From: Oikopleura dioica
Taxonomy: Eukaryota; Animalia; Chordata
Length of the DNA: 64,000 bases
Direction of reading: 5' to 3'
Assembly (NCBI GenBank): GCA_907165135.1
Contig: OU015568.1
Span: forward strand, 7,254,001 to 7,318,000
The notes beneath the pieces are model-generated. The model searched no databases, was not told where the DNA came from, and was given only the letters and a program-made list of their open reading frames with translations. The translations under genes and the position numbers were made by a program. Of this stretch, positions 39,095-51,304 are shown piece after piece (position 1 is the first letter of the stretch; each line of letters opens with the position of its first letter).

Positions 39095-40310
39095 CCAAAA
39101 TAGGAAGCCATGTGACATTGAATCGTCGCCTTATCGGGTTAAAGTTATGTTTTCGCATTAATAAATCTAATCTACGTGGATTTTCGCAGAACGAACGGCT
39201 GGATGAGCTGGTTGGCGATCTGCGAGCAGATTATTTTCAAAACAACAATTTTTTATATTCGCTGAAATTTCGTTCAAAGAATTTTCGTTAGCCATAGGAG
39301 CAATGAAAAAATAGATCCATTGATAACTTTGGCAGTCTTATGGGCGGTAAACTTCCTTAGATATCATTTAGATTCAACCGTAAATGCTCCAAGAAACATC
39401 ATTAGTCGCTTGCGCTCCACCCAGACTGGCGTTTTCGTCGAACGATTTCAAGGATGATTTAGCCGCGGCCAACGTGAAGATGGCCTGTTTGTCCACGGCA
39501 ATTTGAATTGAGCACAAACTGTAGTGTTTCATTTTGGGCGGCGATGCTGACTCCTTCCCTCACCACCACGATTTTCCGGCAAGAACAGATTTCAAGCGCA
39601 GCTTGTGGGAGGCCAGCCAGATTTCGCAGAATGGCACGCATCCGCCAGATACTTGGTAACTAACAAGGTATTTAGACATACTGAGAAACTGTAATGATCG
39701 CTCGATTGATTGAACGCTCAAAAATACATATTTTGAAATCAAGGAAGATTCTACCTAGTAAAAGCTTTGAAAGTAAATACAGTCATCAAAGCGGGTTTAT
39801 GGCAAAATAATCCTTACACCGCTTTTTTAAGATAATACGTGAACAAGACAAGGGAGCGATCACAAATGACACTGACGAATAATAATTCTACGAAAGTGCG
39901 TAGAGCCAAATTATTACACTATTTTCTTACTTCTTACTAAGTGGCACCTGTGTCAAATAAAAAGAGATTTGGACGTAGAAAAAGAAACCTCATAAATAAC
40001 GCCTTATTATCAGGTTTTAGCAACGCGAACTTTCTTTTACTCGCTTACTCGCCCTCTGATGGTGCGAATGTGTCACTCTTAAATCTCATAAAAAGGCCAT
40101 TTCCGGCGGATAGTGCTGGAAGGCTCCCCACTGTGAGTTCAGGGTGACAATCTGTAAGACCGGCTTGGTTTTGTCAGTTTGTTATGTGAAGGAGGCAGTT
40201 TGGGTATAAAAATGAATGGAATACCTCAAATTCAACATTCTACTCAAGACTCGAAAGAAAACTTGAGAAGGTAAGGCAAAAGAGAATCATCCTTCTTTTC
40301 CAAATTGTAG
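39095..40310 (+). promoter_or_regulatory. Probable muscle promoter of the myosin gene: CArG box, E-box, TATA box, untranslated leader exon and intron
   Basis: CCAAAATAGG (CC[A/T]6GG) at 39095-104; CACCTG at 39945-50; TATAAAA at 40205-11; donor GAAG|GTAAG at 40271; acceptor TTGTAG|ATG at 40310. Confidence 0.5.
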
Positions 40311-43300
40311 ATGTCGCTTTGGGATCCCGAGGCAGCTGGCAATGCCGCCAACTATCTTCGACTTCCTGACAAGGAAATGCTGGAGATCCGAAACCAGCCA
40401 TTCGAGGGTGCTAAAGCCGTCTGGGTTCCATTCGCTGATACTGGCTACTGCAAAGGCGAATTGATCGGTGATGGTGACAAGCCCGGAACTAAAAGGTCCT
40501 CCGAGCTGCTGACCGAAAAGAGAAGGATCTCAAGCAAGAACTTGTAAGTCACAAATTTGTCTTATTTGATTTTTATATTTTTCATAGATTGAGAAGCAGA
40601 ACCCTCCAAAATACGAGCTTCTTGAAGATTTGGCCAACATGACTTACCTTTCCGAAGCTTCCGTTGTCTACAACTTGGACGAGCGATACCGACGATTCTT
40701 GATCTACACCTACTCCGGTCTCTTCTGTGTCACTGTCAACCCCTACAAATGGCTTCCCGTTTATGACAACCACGTTGTCGGCTGCTACAAGGGCAAGAGA
40801 AAGTCTGAAATGCCTCCTCACATTTTCTCTATCTCCGATAACGCCTACAACGATATGTTGCGAGAGCGACACAACCAGTCCATGTTGATCACTGGTGAGT
40901 CCGGAGCTGGTAAAACTGTCAACACCAAGCGAGTCATCCAGTACTTCGCCGTCGTTGCTGCCCTCGGTGCCTCTGGTAAAGTCGGTGATGCTGCTGATGA
41001 GGGACCATCGCTCAAGGGTGGTGGAACTCTTGAAGATCAGATTGTCGCTGCCAACCCCGCTATGGAGGCTTTCGGTAATGCCAAGACTACTCGTAACGAT
41101 AACTCTTCTCGATTCGGTAAATTCATCCGAATTCACTTCGGTTTGACTGGTAAACTCGCTTCTGGTGATATCGATACCTATCTTCTCGAAAAATCTCGAG
41201 TCGTCTTCCAGCTCAAGGCCGAGCGATGCTTCCACATCTTCTACCAAATTTGCTGCGAGCATATGGTCGAAATCAACGAGATGACCCAGATTTCTCACAA
41301 TCCTTACGACTACAAGTTCTGCTCCATGGGTGAGATCAAGGTCAAGTCCATCGACGATAAGGAAGAACTCGCTGCCACTGACGAGTCCTTTGATATTCTC
41401 GGTTTCAACCAGGAAGAAAAGAACGGTATCTACATGATTACTGCTGGTCTTATGCACTCCGGAAACATGGAATTCAAGCAAAAGCCCCGAGAAGAACAGG
41501 CCGAGCCCGACGGTCACGAAGCTGCCGAACTTGCCGGATATATGTTCGGTATTTCTGGAGCTGAGTACACTAAGGCCCTCTGTACCCCACGAATCAAGGT
41601 CGGTACTGAGTACGTCACCAAGGGTCAGACCGTTGACCAGGTCAACTTCGCCCTCAAAGCCATCTGCAAGGCTGTCTTCGATCGACTCTTCAAATGGCTT
41701 GTCGAAGTCGTCAACCGAGCTCTCTCCACCGATCTCCCTCGATCTTTCTTCATCGGTATCCTCGATATCGCCGGCTTCGAAATTTTCGAGTTCAACACTT
41801 TCGAACAGCTTTGCATCAACTACACCAACGAAAAGCTCCAGCAGTTCTTCAACCATCACATGTTCGTTCTTGAACAGGAAGAATACAAGAAGGAAGGCAT
41901 CGAGTGGGAGATGATCGATTTCGGTATGGATTTGGCCGCTACCATTGACTTGATCGAGAAGCCTCTTGGTATTATGTCCACCCTCGAAGAAGAGTGCATG
42001 TTCCCTAAAGCTACTGACATGACCTTCCGAGACAAGCTCTTCCAGCAACATTTGGGTAAGAACGACAAGATTGGCAAGCCCAACCCGAAGAACCATAAGA
42101 ACGCTGATGTGCCTGCTCCTCACTTTGAATTGTACCACTACGCTGGCACTGTCGGTTACAACGTCACCGATTGGCTCCTCAAGAACAAGGATCCTCTCAA
42201 CCCCTCTGTTGTCGGTCTTCTTAAGAAGTCCAACAATAAATGTATTGTCATGCAGTGGGAGTCTTACATGTCCGCTGAAGACGCCGCCGAAGCCGCCAAG
42301 AAGGGTGGCGGAGGAAAAGGTGGCAAGCGACAGAAGGGTGGTTCTTTCCAGACTGTCTCTGGTCTCCATCGAGAATCTCTCGGTCGCTTGATGGCCAACC
42401 TTCGATCTACTCAGCCTCATTTCGTCCGTTGCATCATTCCCAACGAGAAGAAGAAGCCCGGTTTCATGGACTGGAACCTTGTTCTCCATCAGCTTCGATG
42501 TAACGGTGTCTTGGAAGGTATTCGAATTTGTCGAAAGGGTTTCCCTTCCCGAGTCCAGTACGAAGAATTCGCCAAGCGATACGTCATTCTTCATGCCGAA
42601 GCCAAGAAAGACCAAGAATTCTGCGACTGGAAAGCGATGTCTAAGGAAATCTGCGCCGGTATCGCCCTTGATGAAGCCAAGCACAAGTTCGGTCACACTA
42701 AACTCTTCTTCAAAGCCGGTGTTATTGGTGACTTGGAAGATGAGCGAGACGAAAAGATTGCTAAGATCCTTACTTCTCTCCAGTCTTACATGAGATATCG
42801 ACTCGCCGAGCGAACTTACGCTGAGATGGTCAAGCGACGAGACTGTATCGAACTCATTCAGGGCAACATCCGAGCCTTCCAGTATTTGAAAGATTGGGAA
42901 TGGATGAAGATCATCTTCAAGATCAAGCCTCTCATCTCTCAGGCCGAGGAGGGCAAGAAGATGCAGGAGCTTGAGAAGAATTACGAAGAGGTCAAAACCA
43001 AGCTCGAAAAGGAGAAAAAGCGACGAATCGAGCTCGAAGAGCAGGCCGTTTCATTCGAACAAGAAAGAAACGAGCTTATGCAAAAGTCTGAAGCTCAGAA
43101 CGCATTGCTTGATGATGCTGAAGGTCGATGCGAAGAACTTATCGCCGCCAAGATCGAACTCGATGGTAAGATTCGAGATCTTCAGGAGCGACTTGAAGAC
43201 GAAGAAGAAATGAACAACGAGCTCGTCGCTAAGAAGCGAAAGCTCGAAGATGAGTCCTCCGAGCTCAAGAAGGACATTGATGATCTTGAACTTACTCTTG

Positions 43301-46249
43301 CCAAGATCGAGAAAGAAAAACACGCCACTGAAAACAAAGTGAAGAACGTCACCGAAGAGCTTGCTACCATCAACGAAAATATCCACAAACTTGAGAAGGA
43401 GAAGAAGGCTCTTCAGGAAGCCCACAAGCAAACCCTTGGAGATCTCCAAAGTGAAGAAGAAAAGGTCGTTACCCTCACCAAGTCTAAGGGCAAACTCGAA
43501 CAGCAAGTCGATGATCTCGAAATTGGCCTTGAATCTGAAAAGAAGGCTCGAATGGATCTCGAGCGAGGTAAACGAAAGCTCGAAGGAGACATCCGACTTT
43601 CTCAGGAGCAGATCATGGATCTCGAAAACGATAAGGCTGGCCAGGAAGAAAAACTGAAGAAGTCTGAGTTTGACTTCACCCAGCTCAATGCCAAACTTGA
43701 AGATGAAAGCGCCCTTGTTGGTCAGCTCCAGAAGAAAATTAAGGAACTTCAAGGCCGATCAGAAGAAGTCGAAGAAGAGCTTGAGTCTGAGCGAGGTTCT
43801 CGTGCTCGATCTGAAAAGACTCGAGCTGATCTCTCCCGAGAGCTCGAAGAACTCGCTGAGCGACTTGAAGAGGCTGGTTCCAATACTCAGGCTCAGATTG
43901 AGGTCGCCAAGCGACGAGATGCCGAAGCTGCAAAGGTCCGACGAGAACTGGAAGAAGCAACTCTCAACCACGAATCGACTATCTCCAACATTCGTAAGAA
44001 GCAAGGTGACCAATCTAGCAGCCTCAATGAGCAGATCGAAAACCTCAACCGAGTCAAGCAAAAGCTCGAGAAGGAAAAATCCGAGGCTAAACTTGAAGTC
44101 GATGAGCTCCACGTCAACGTTGAATCATTGACCAAGTCTAAGCTCAATTACGAAAAACAGACCCGAAACCTCGAAGATAGCATCGCCGATCTCAAGATGA
44201 AGCTCGAAGAAGGCGCTGCTCAGCTTTCTGAGTCTCAGGGCGACTGCGGAAAGATGACTATGGAGATCAATGAAATTCGTCGACACATTGAAGAAAAAGA
44301 CACCGTCAACTCTCAACTCGTCCGAAACAAAAACTCTCTTTCTCAGACTCACGACGAGCTCAAGCGACAATGCGATGAAGAGGGCAAGACTAAGAACGCT
44401 CTTGCTCATCAGCTCCAGGCTCAGCGACACGATACTGATATGCTCCGCGAACACATGGAAGAGGAGCAGGAGTCTAAGCAAGAACTCCAGCGTAACTTGA
44501 CTAAATCCAACAACGAGTGCGTCCAGTGGCGAAACAAGTATGAGACTGATGCTATTCAGCGAACTGAAGAGCTCGAAGAGGCTAAGAAGAAGCTAGTCGC
44601 GCGACTCCAGGAGTCCGAAGAACAGGTTGAGGCAGCTCAAGGACGATGCGGTTCCCTCGAAAAGACCAAGACCCGACTTCAGGGCGAAGTTGAAGATCTT
44701 TCTGCTGATTTGGAGCGATCTAACGCCGCCGCCGCTCAACTCGACAAGAAACAGCGAAACTTCGACAAGCTCCTGTCCGAAGCTAAACAAAAGCAGGAAG
44801 AAGCCGCCGTTGAACTCGAAATTGCGCAAAAGGAAGTTCGATCTCAGCAGAGTGAGCTCTTCAAGCTCAAGAACTCTACTGAAGAGGCCGTTGATCACCT
44901 CGAATCTATCCGACGAGAGAACAAGAACCTTGCCGAGGAAGTTCAAGAGCTCGTTGACCAGCTCCAGGAAGGATCCAAGACCATCCACGAACTCGAAAAG
45001 AGCAAGCGAATCGCTGACCAAGAACGATCTGATATCCAGGGTACTCTTGAGGAAGCTGAAGCTGCTATCGAAACCGAAGAAGCCAAGACCCTCCGAGTTT
45101 CTGTTGAGCTCCAGCAGCTCAAGCAAGAGATCGACCGACGAATCAGCGAGAAGGATGAGGAAATCGACAGTTCCCGACGAAACGCCGCCCGAGCTGTTGA
45201 GCAGATTCAAGCCTCCCTTGATAATGAGATGCGAGCCCGAGGAGAAGCTATCCGAGCTCGAAAGAAGATGGAATCCGATCTTAACGACCTCGAAGTTTCC
45301 CTTGCTACTTCCACTCGACAGGCTAACGATGCCCAGAAGAACACCAAGGATCTTATGTTGCAGCTCAAGGACTTGAATCAGCGACTTGATGACAGCCAGC
45401 GAAGCACCGAGGATATGCGAGAGCAGTCTGCTGTTTGCGAACGACGAGTTGGTCTCATGACAACTGAAATTGAAGAGCTCCGAAACGGACTTGAACAGGC
45501 TGAGCGAACGCGAAAGCAGGCTGAGAACGATTTGATGGAAGCCAACGAGCGATCCAACATGCTCCACACCCAGAACGGCGCTTTCATCAACCAGAAGCGA
45601 AAGATCGAATCCGAACTTCACGGCGTCAAGAATGAAGTCGAAGAAGCTATCGGTGAAGCTCGATCTGCTGAAGATGCCGCCAAAAAGGCTCTTACTACCG
45701 CTGCTCTCCTGTCCGAGGATTTGAAGAAGGAGCAGGATCAGTCCCAGCATCTTGACCGAATGAAGAAGAATCAGGAGAACTCCCTCAAGGATCTTCAGAT
45801 GCGACTTGACGAAGCCGAGCAGGTCGCTCTCAAGGGCGGTAAGAAGGCCGTCCAGCGATTGGAGAACAAGTGCCGAGAAGTTGAGATGGAACTCGAAGCC
45901 GAACAGAGACGAACTTCCGATAACACCAAGGTAAGCAGCAGCTTAGAAAATTGTCTTTTACAAAGTCATTTTTAAGGTCATCCGAAAGCTCGAGCGAAAG
46001 TACAAAGAAGCCCTCTACGCTAACGATGAAGACAAGAAGAACCTCCAGCGACTCTCTGACAGCATCGACAAGCTCAACTCCAAGGCCAAGTCTTACAAAA
46101 AGTCTGCTGAAGACGCCACTGAGTCCGCTTCCTCCGCCATGTCTCGATACCGAAAGGTTCAGCACGAACTCGACGAAGCAAACGAGCGAGCTGAGATGGC
46201 CGAATCTGCTGTCAACAAGGCTCGATCCAAGGCTCTTGAGTCCAAGTAA
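40311..46249 (+). CDS. Striated-muscle class II myosin heavy chain; 3 coding exons; apparent 1-nt frameshift in coding exon 1
   Basis: GESGAGKT P-loop, [32 protein letters not shown] region and long heptad rod. Exons are 40311-40543, 40588-45930 and 45977-46249; AATAAA at ~46279. Confidence 0.97.
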
Positions 46250-46379
46250 CTTTCTCTGCAGCTTATTTGTTTTTTGAAATAAATCTTTCAATCCAATATT
46301 TTTGAAGGCATATATTTCATATAATTCTAAACAAAAGTCTGATCCGCTTGTGAGGAGTCAAGAGAGTACGTGTTCGAGT

Positions 46380-46862
46380 GAGAAATTTTCGAACTTCTTT
46401 GTTTTCGATTTTTTATGACATGCGTTGAATTCAGCTTCTTTTTTCGATGTGGCTTGCCGGTCATCAAAAATTTCCTCCCAAGTCGAAGTTTCTTCATACT
46501 TTCCTTTTGCGTATTTCCATTCTTAGAAAGATAAATCTATGACAGAATAGATTACACAGAATAGACCCTTCGCAAACCTCTTCGTCGCGAATTTTCTTCC
46601 TTGATTTTCGACGACAGAAAATGAACATCAAGATTCCCGAAATCAGCATCAATGCAACGACCAAAGCCAGTCCCCCAAGTCCTGACGCGCAGTTTTGCCT
46701 CAGTTCTTCATATTGCTCCTGATAAAATTGGCAGTTGACTGTTGCTCCGCTGTTTGATGGTCCAATTTTGCTGGAGCTAGAAATTGAGGATTCATAAACG
46801 AACAATTTGATGTAAATTTTCACCTGTTTGATGCTGGGCTTGCATTTGTCTGAGTTGAGCAA
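46380..46862 (-). CDS. 3' part of a possible type I membrane protein gene (may extend upstream to ~49.5 kb)
   Basis: CASGLGGLALVVALMLISGILMFIFCRRKSRKK: TM helix followed by a basic stop-transfer stretch. Upstream exons are not resolved. Confidence 0.4.
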
Positions 46863-47551
46863 TGTGTATTTACGCTTATTTGAATCTTTTTTTCATGATG
46901 AAATTAGTCAAATAATTATTCAAATAAAAAACATAGGAAAACGAAACTCTTGAAGCCAATTTCATCGTCATGTTCCTTTGGGGACTGTTTTTCCTCCATT
47001 TTATCCGCAATAATTTTCTCTGTTTTCATTTTTTGATTTATTGTCTTAGTTATTTAGACATACGGAAGAGAGTCTCAGAATTATCCAAGATATCCCTTTT
47101 TATATCGAATCTAGTGATAAGTGTCGGAGACGGGTCCTGACGTCCCTACTCCTTCTAACTCGATTTATTTCTAATTACTTTTTCTGATTACTCAATTACA
47201 ACTAATCCGAATGCATTCCGTACCTTTTTCTCGTGCCAAGGAATGTATCCAAGTCTGGTTTTATTCAATCAAAAACCTAACTCCCAGGTTTACAAAAAGC
47301 ACTAAAATCAAACAAGAAGTTTTGATAAAGTGATGAAAAGCGATTTAAAATGGGTCATTTGAACTGCCACACTTTCAATAAATCATCACTCCATACCAAA
47401 TTATTGAGAAAGCTAAAATGAAAGATTTTGGGAAGAGTAACGAGTTCTTCGCCCAACACAATGTTCCAGGCTTTTGGGAAGGAATGGATAGATTGATTTG
47501 GATCTCGTTGGGGGCAGTTACTCTCGCATTGGCAAGGGTCTTCCTAACTGG

Positions 47552-47682
47552 GCTCGGCAACCTGTGCAGAAAACCTGAGTCAGGGCCTGCGTCTTTCCCT
47601 TCGTTTAAAAAAAAGCCCCAATGCGGCTTTTCATTTTAGCTTTTCAGACCCTGACTCAGGTTTTCTACACAGGTTGCCGAGC
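47552..47682. mobile_element. CCTGAGTCAGG-TIR MITE
   Basis: GCTCGGCAACCTGTGCAGAAAACCTGAGTCAGGG ... CCCTGACTCAGGTTTTCTACACAGGTTGCCGAGC. Confidence 0.85.
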
Positions 47683-48208
47683 GTGGATTAATAGCAAGAG
47701 CGTAGTAAACACCAATTTTGCAGACCTTTGCATCAGATCCTGGTATTCTGGATTGTCTGGTTACTCACCGAAGACAAACTCCCCACTTATGTCTATGGAT
47801 ACGGAGATGAGTTTATCAGACTCGAAGCTCCTGAATCTCAGGAAATGACTTGATCAAAACATGACTTCGACGGTCGACCACGTAAAAGAGTTGTCATTCA
47901 AAGAAAAAGAAGCAACTGAAGCTCCCTTCAAAGCTGAAAACGTCTGTCTATTATCAACGCATATGCTGAGTGATATAAAAATTCGAAAATATTATTCGAA
48001 TACTTCATCCACATTTGTGTTATTCACAGCGTGGGACAGCCCGTCTGGTTTTCACACGTCTAAGCACGGTATTTTTCCAGTTGTAGTCAACGAGATGACG
48101 AATAAAGTGTGACTGCAGCAGTCGTCATCGAGAGATCGTCCACGTGTTAATTGCCAGGCGAGGTCTTTCGAAAAGAGTTCGCCCTTCCGTTCGAGCTCTA
48201 GAACAGGG

Positions 48209-48795
48209 GATAGATGAAAATGACTTCTGCGGAGCAAAATCCTGACCCCAATATTTTTAGTGCTTAGTTTGTAGCGCAGAATCTAAGGAGTCGAATGGTA
48301 CAATTTTTATGTGTCCAAGCCACGAAGAATGTCAAATTCTAGCGCCTAAAGTACCTGAAAATGACAGGTCATGAAGCCCTGTATCTCCAAAAATTTTCGA
48401 AAAAAGTATGGACATATGGGTATCATTCGAAAGCCCAGCTGAAACTGTGTATGGGCACCTGGTGCGCAAGTTATGATTCTGAAAAAAAATTTTGATTGAA
48501 AATTTTTTGTCTCAAAAAATATTTTTTCGCTTGGAATTTTCTCTTGCGCAGTAGGTGCCCATACACAGTTTGAGCTGAGCTTTTCAACGATATCAAAATC
48601 TCCATATAATTCTGAAAATTTTCGGAGATACAGGGCTTCATGACCATTTTTCAAAAGGGGGCCTTTATGACGTCATACGTGATGACTCAGACCCTCAAAA
48701 TTATACCATTCGAATCCTTAGGCGTTGTTCTTTCGAATGAGCACAAGAAATATAGGGGCTAGAATTTTGCTCCGCAAAAGTCATTTTCAAGTATC
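48209..48795. repeat. ~590-bp foldback (long imperfect palindrome) element
   Basis: Nested inverted arms: GAAAATGACTTCTGCGGAGCAAAAT / ATTTTGCTCCGCAAAAGTCATTTTC; perfect 22-mer GGTCATGAAGCCCTGTATCTCC (48367-88 / 48624-45); perfect 19-mer AAACTGTGTATGGGCACCT (48442-60 / 48553-71). Confidence 0.85.
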
Positions 48796-49635
48796 AGGGC
48801 GACATTACACCATTCGAGTCACACTAGAAAATTCACAGAAAAGTGAATAACCGGATAGAGCCACTGGCTAACCGTGAGTCAGAGAGAGAGAGAAACCAGA
48901 TCATTCCAGCCGCAAGTCTGACTACTACGATTGATTACTCACTTGCCATCTCGATCTGGACAAAGCTGGCCTCAAGCGGAATCAGCGACTGAGTTTTTCA
49001 AGACATTCATAAAGCTCGGCAAAAGGCGGTTTTTCAAGGTAAATTTCCCTTTTTCCTTTTTACCCTCTTTTTATCCATAAAAGTGAGAGATTCGTGAAAA
49101 ACTTTTCATACGAGAAAAAAATTTTTCAACCAAAAGAAGAAGGTTTGATAGAGAAAATAACGGGTACCGACATAACGTTTGCTTATTATCATTGAATTTG
49201 TTGAATTTTCGTTGTAATTTTCCATGATTCCAATCGACATCGTTATGCAACAACTTCCATTGAAAGCTGGATTAACTGGCGGTAAATGGACTCGTTATAT
49301 AACAACCCCTTTTCCAGCATTTTCATCGTTTTTCATGCTCAACAACTTCCAATGAAGAAGCGTAATTGGGTCAATTTCTAGTCATAAATTTTCATCATAA
49401 AATCCATCAAATAATCACCCATTGTCTCCGGCGGTAGGGAAAAGAAGTTGCGGGTCACGAGTAATCAATGAGTAATCTTTAAAGAAAATAAGAATTGATC
49501 ATCATTGAGTTCATCTGCGCGTGGTCGCTCTCGTGATGTTTGATCCGCGCTGAGGCAAAGTAAATTTCAACGTTTTACTACGACCCCTCAATCTACAACT
49601 CGCAAATTCAGACTTTTCACAAATTTACTCTAGTG

Positions 49636-50702
49636 ATGAAACCAAATGAAAATGAAGAAGAAAAACGACGAAAACGCAAGAGACTCACTGCCGCGATAAA
49701 GAGGTGCATCCTGTCCAGGAGCTTCGCGGAGAGTCCTGTTCAAGAAGATCCTGCCAGAAATGAGTTCTTTCACTGGTAAGCACTTTCAGATACAAATGAA
49801 TTGGATAAAGATAGTTACGAATTCCCTGGTCTAGTGGGTAGGTTTGCCAAGCTGCGTAGAAAACCGTAGTTAGGGTCTGAAAGATCTTAAATGAAAAGCC
49901 GCGTAGCGGCTTTTTGAAAACGAAGCCGCAAAGCTGCTTCGCAACACAATCAATCTATATTAATATTTTAGCGAAGCCGCTTCGCGGCTTTTCATTTAAG
50001 CTCTTCAAAGCTTGACTCAGGTTTTCTACACAGCCTGCCGAGCTCAGTCAATGTAGTCATCGTTAATTGCTCCCACAAACGCATAAATTTCAAAAGTGCC
50101 ACTTTCGTCAATTTTGCTCGAAAGTGACTCAGTTCCTCAAAAGTGGCTCAACACGTCATAAACTTTTATCTTCATTGATTTTGAAAGCATCGAAGCGTTT
50201 TACTGGGCAAGCTTTTCAAGGCCAAAACATGCCGTTTTGCAACAGTCTTTCAAAGTCAAACCAGAACGTGCTCGGCTATAATTTCATGGAAATTGAGTGT
50301 TTATCGACCAAGGTCGGGCGCGTTTGACGTATATTTGCGCCTGAAAAGAAAGGCATTTTCGTTCAGGGTGAAATCCACTTCCCGTTTCCAAGTATCTGAC
50401 ATTCTGATTTTAGCCAACCCCGACGAACCGGATCTTCCTGCTCTACCGACTCACAGAGCTCTACCGACTCTCAGAGCTCCACTGACTCCCAGAGCTCTTC
50501 GTATTCCTCATCGTCGTCTTCCGAAATGACGAGTCCGACAAGCCCCGACTTCGCACCCGCTGGTTCTGGGCTGCCCTTTTCCTTATCACCTCAGCCTTCG
50601 TCTCAGTCCGCCTCTACTTCCTCGGCAGCGCCCCAAACCGGCAACTGCTCCTTTCTCAAACGCAAGAATCGCAAGAAACTCTCGCTGAAGCTATCAAATT
50701 AG
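49636..50702 (+). CDS. Orphan two-exon gene, ~143 aa, basic/Ser-rich
   Basis: Exon 1 (49636-49775) reads MKPNENEEEKRRKRKRL..EFFH. A GT-AG phase-2 intron (49776-50413) contains a MITE. Exon 2 continues in frame with CQPRRTGSSC(STDSQS)x3..KRKNRKKLSLKLSN*. Confidence 0.55.
49842..50043. mobile_element. CCTGAGTCAGG-TIR MITE (degenerate), intronic
   Basis: GCTGCGTAGAAAACCGTAGTTAGGGTCTGAAAGATC ... TTGACTCAGGTTTTCTACACAGCCTGCCGAGC with GCCGC/GCGGC hairpins. Confidence 0.75.
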
Positions 50703-51304
50703 TCAATCTCTAGTCAATGTTTTCCACCAAACGAATTCTTTCTCAAAAGTTCAGGAGCTTATAATTTTGACATTTCCGCAACTTTTAAAACAAATAATAT
50801 TTAATATTTGTTGGTTTAAAATTCTTTTGTTCTGAAATGCCAAAAATAACTGACAATTTGAGAATAAAAAAAAACGCTTTGCTTGTAATCCTCCTGAAAC
50901 TGTACAGATGAGTACTCAATAAATAAAAACAAAGAAAACTACGAGGCCAGCTTTTCGCTATTTGTCCAAGTCTTGAGCAGGTTAAGAGACGATAAAGCTC
51001 AAAATTGTTGGAGAATGTCAATTCTTTTTTCGGACGGGAAATTTGAACGATAAAAACGATAAATAAGCTTCAGGGGGATTGAATGCCCGGTCAAAGTTTA
51101 CTTTGGATTATAAAAACGATCGTCGCCGTTATTGATTATCCTTGATTTGAGGGATGAGTCCGCGAGAGGTGTGCGAGAGCATGACGAAAAACCGGAAGCT
51201 CATCCCTTCCCACACACAAATCGTTTTTACGATCGGCCACACTGAATCAGTACTATTGATTGAATACAATTTTATCCAATTTTCTGCGTAAAAGCTGTTG
51301 AAAA

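Noticed and set aside
40488-40500. Programmed ribosomal frameshift in myosin exon 1
   Set aside because: ACT AAA AGG is not an X XXY YYZ slippery heptamer and no stimulatory structure is evident; a homopolymer error is simpler.
40582-45750. Long minus-strand ORFs (704, 233, 385 aa and others) opposite the myosin gene
   Set aside because: Antisense shadows of a strongly codon-biased CDS; the translations are Leu/Val/Phe-rich with no recognisable domain.
51151-51159. ACTCATCCC on the minus strand, resembling the recalled start of the Oikopleura spliced leader
   Set aside because: Only 9 nt match and the remainder of the leader and its donor site are absent.
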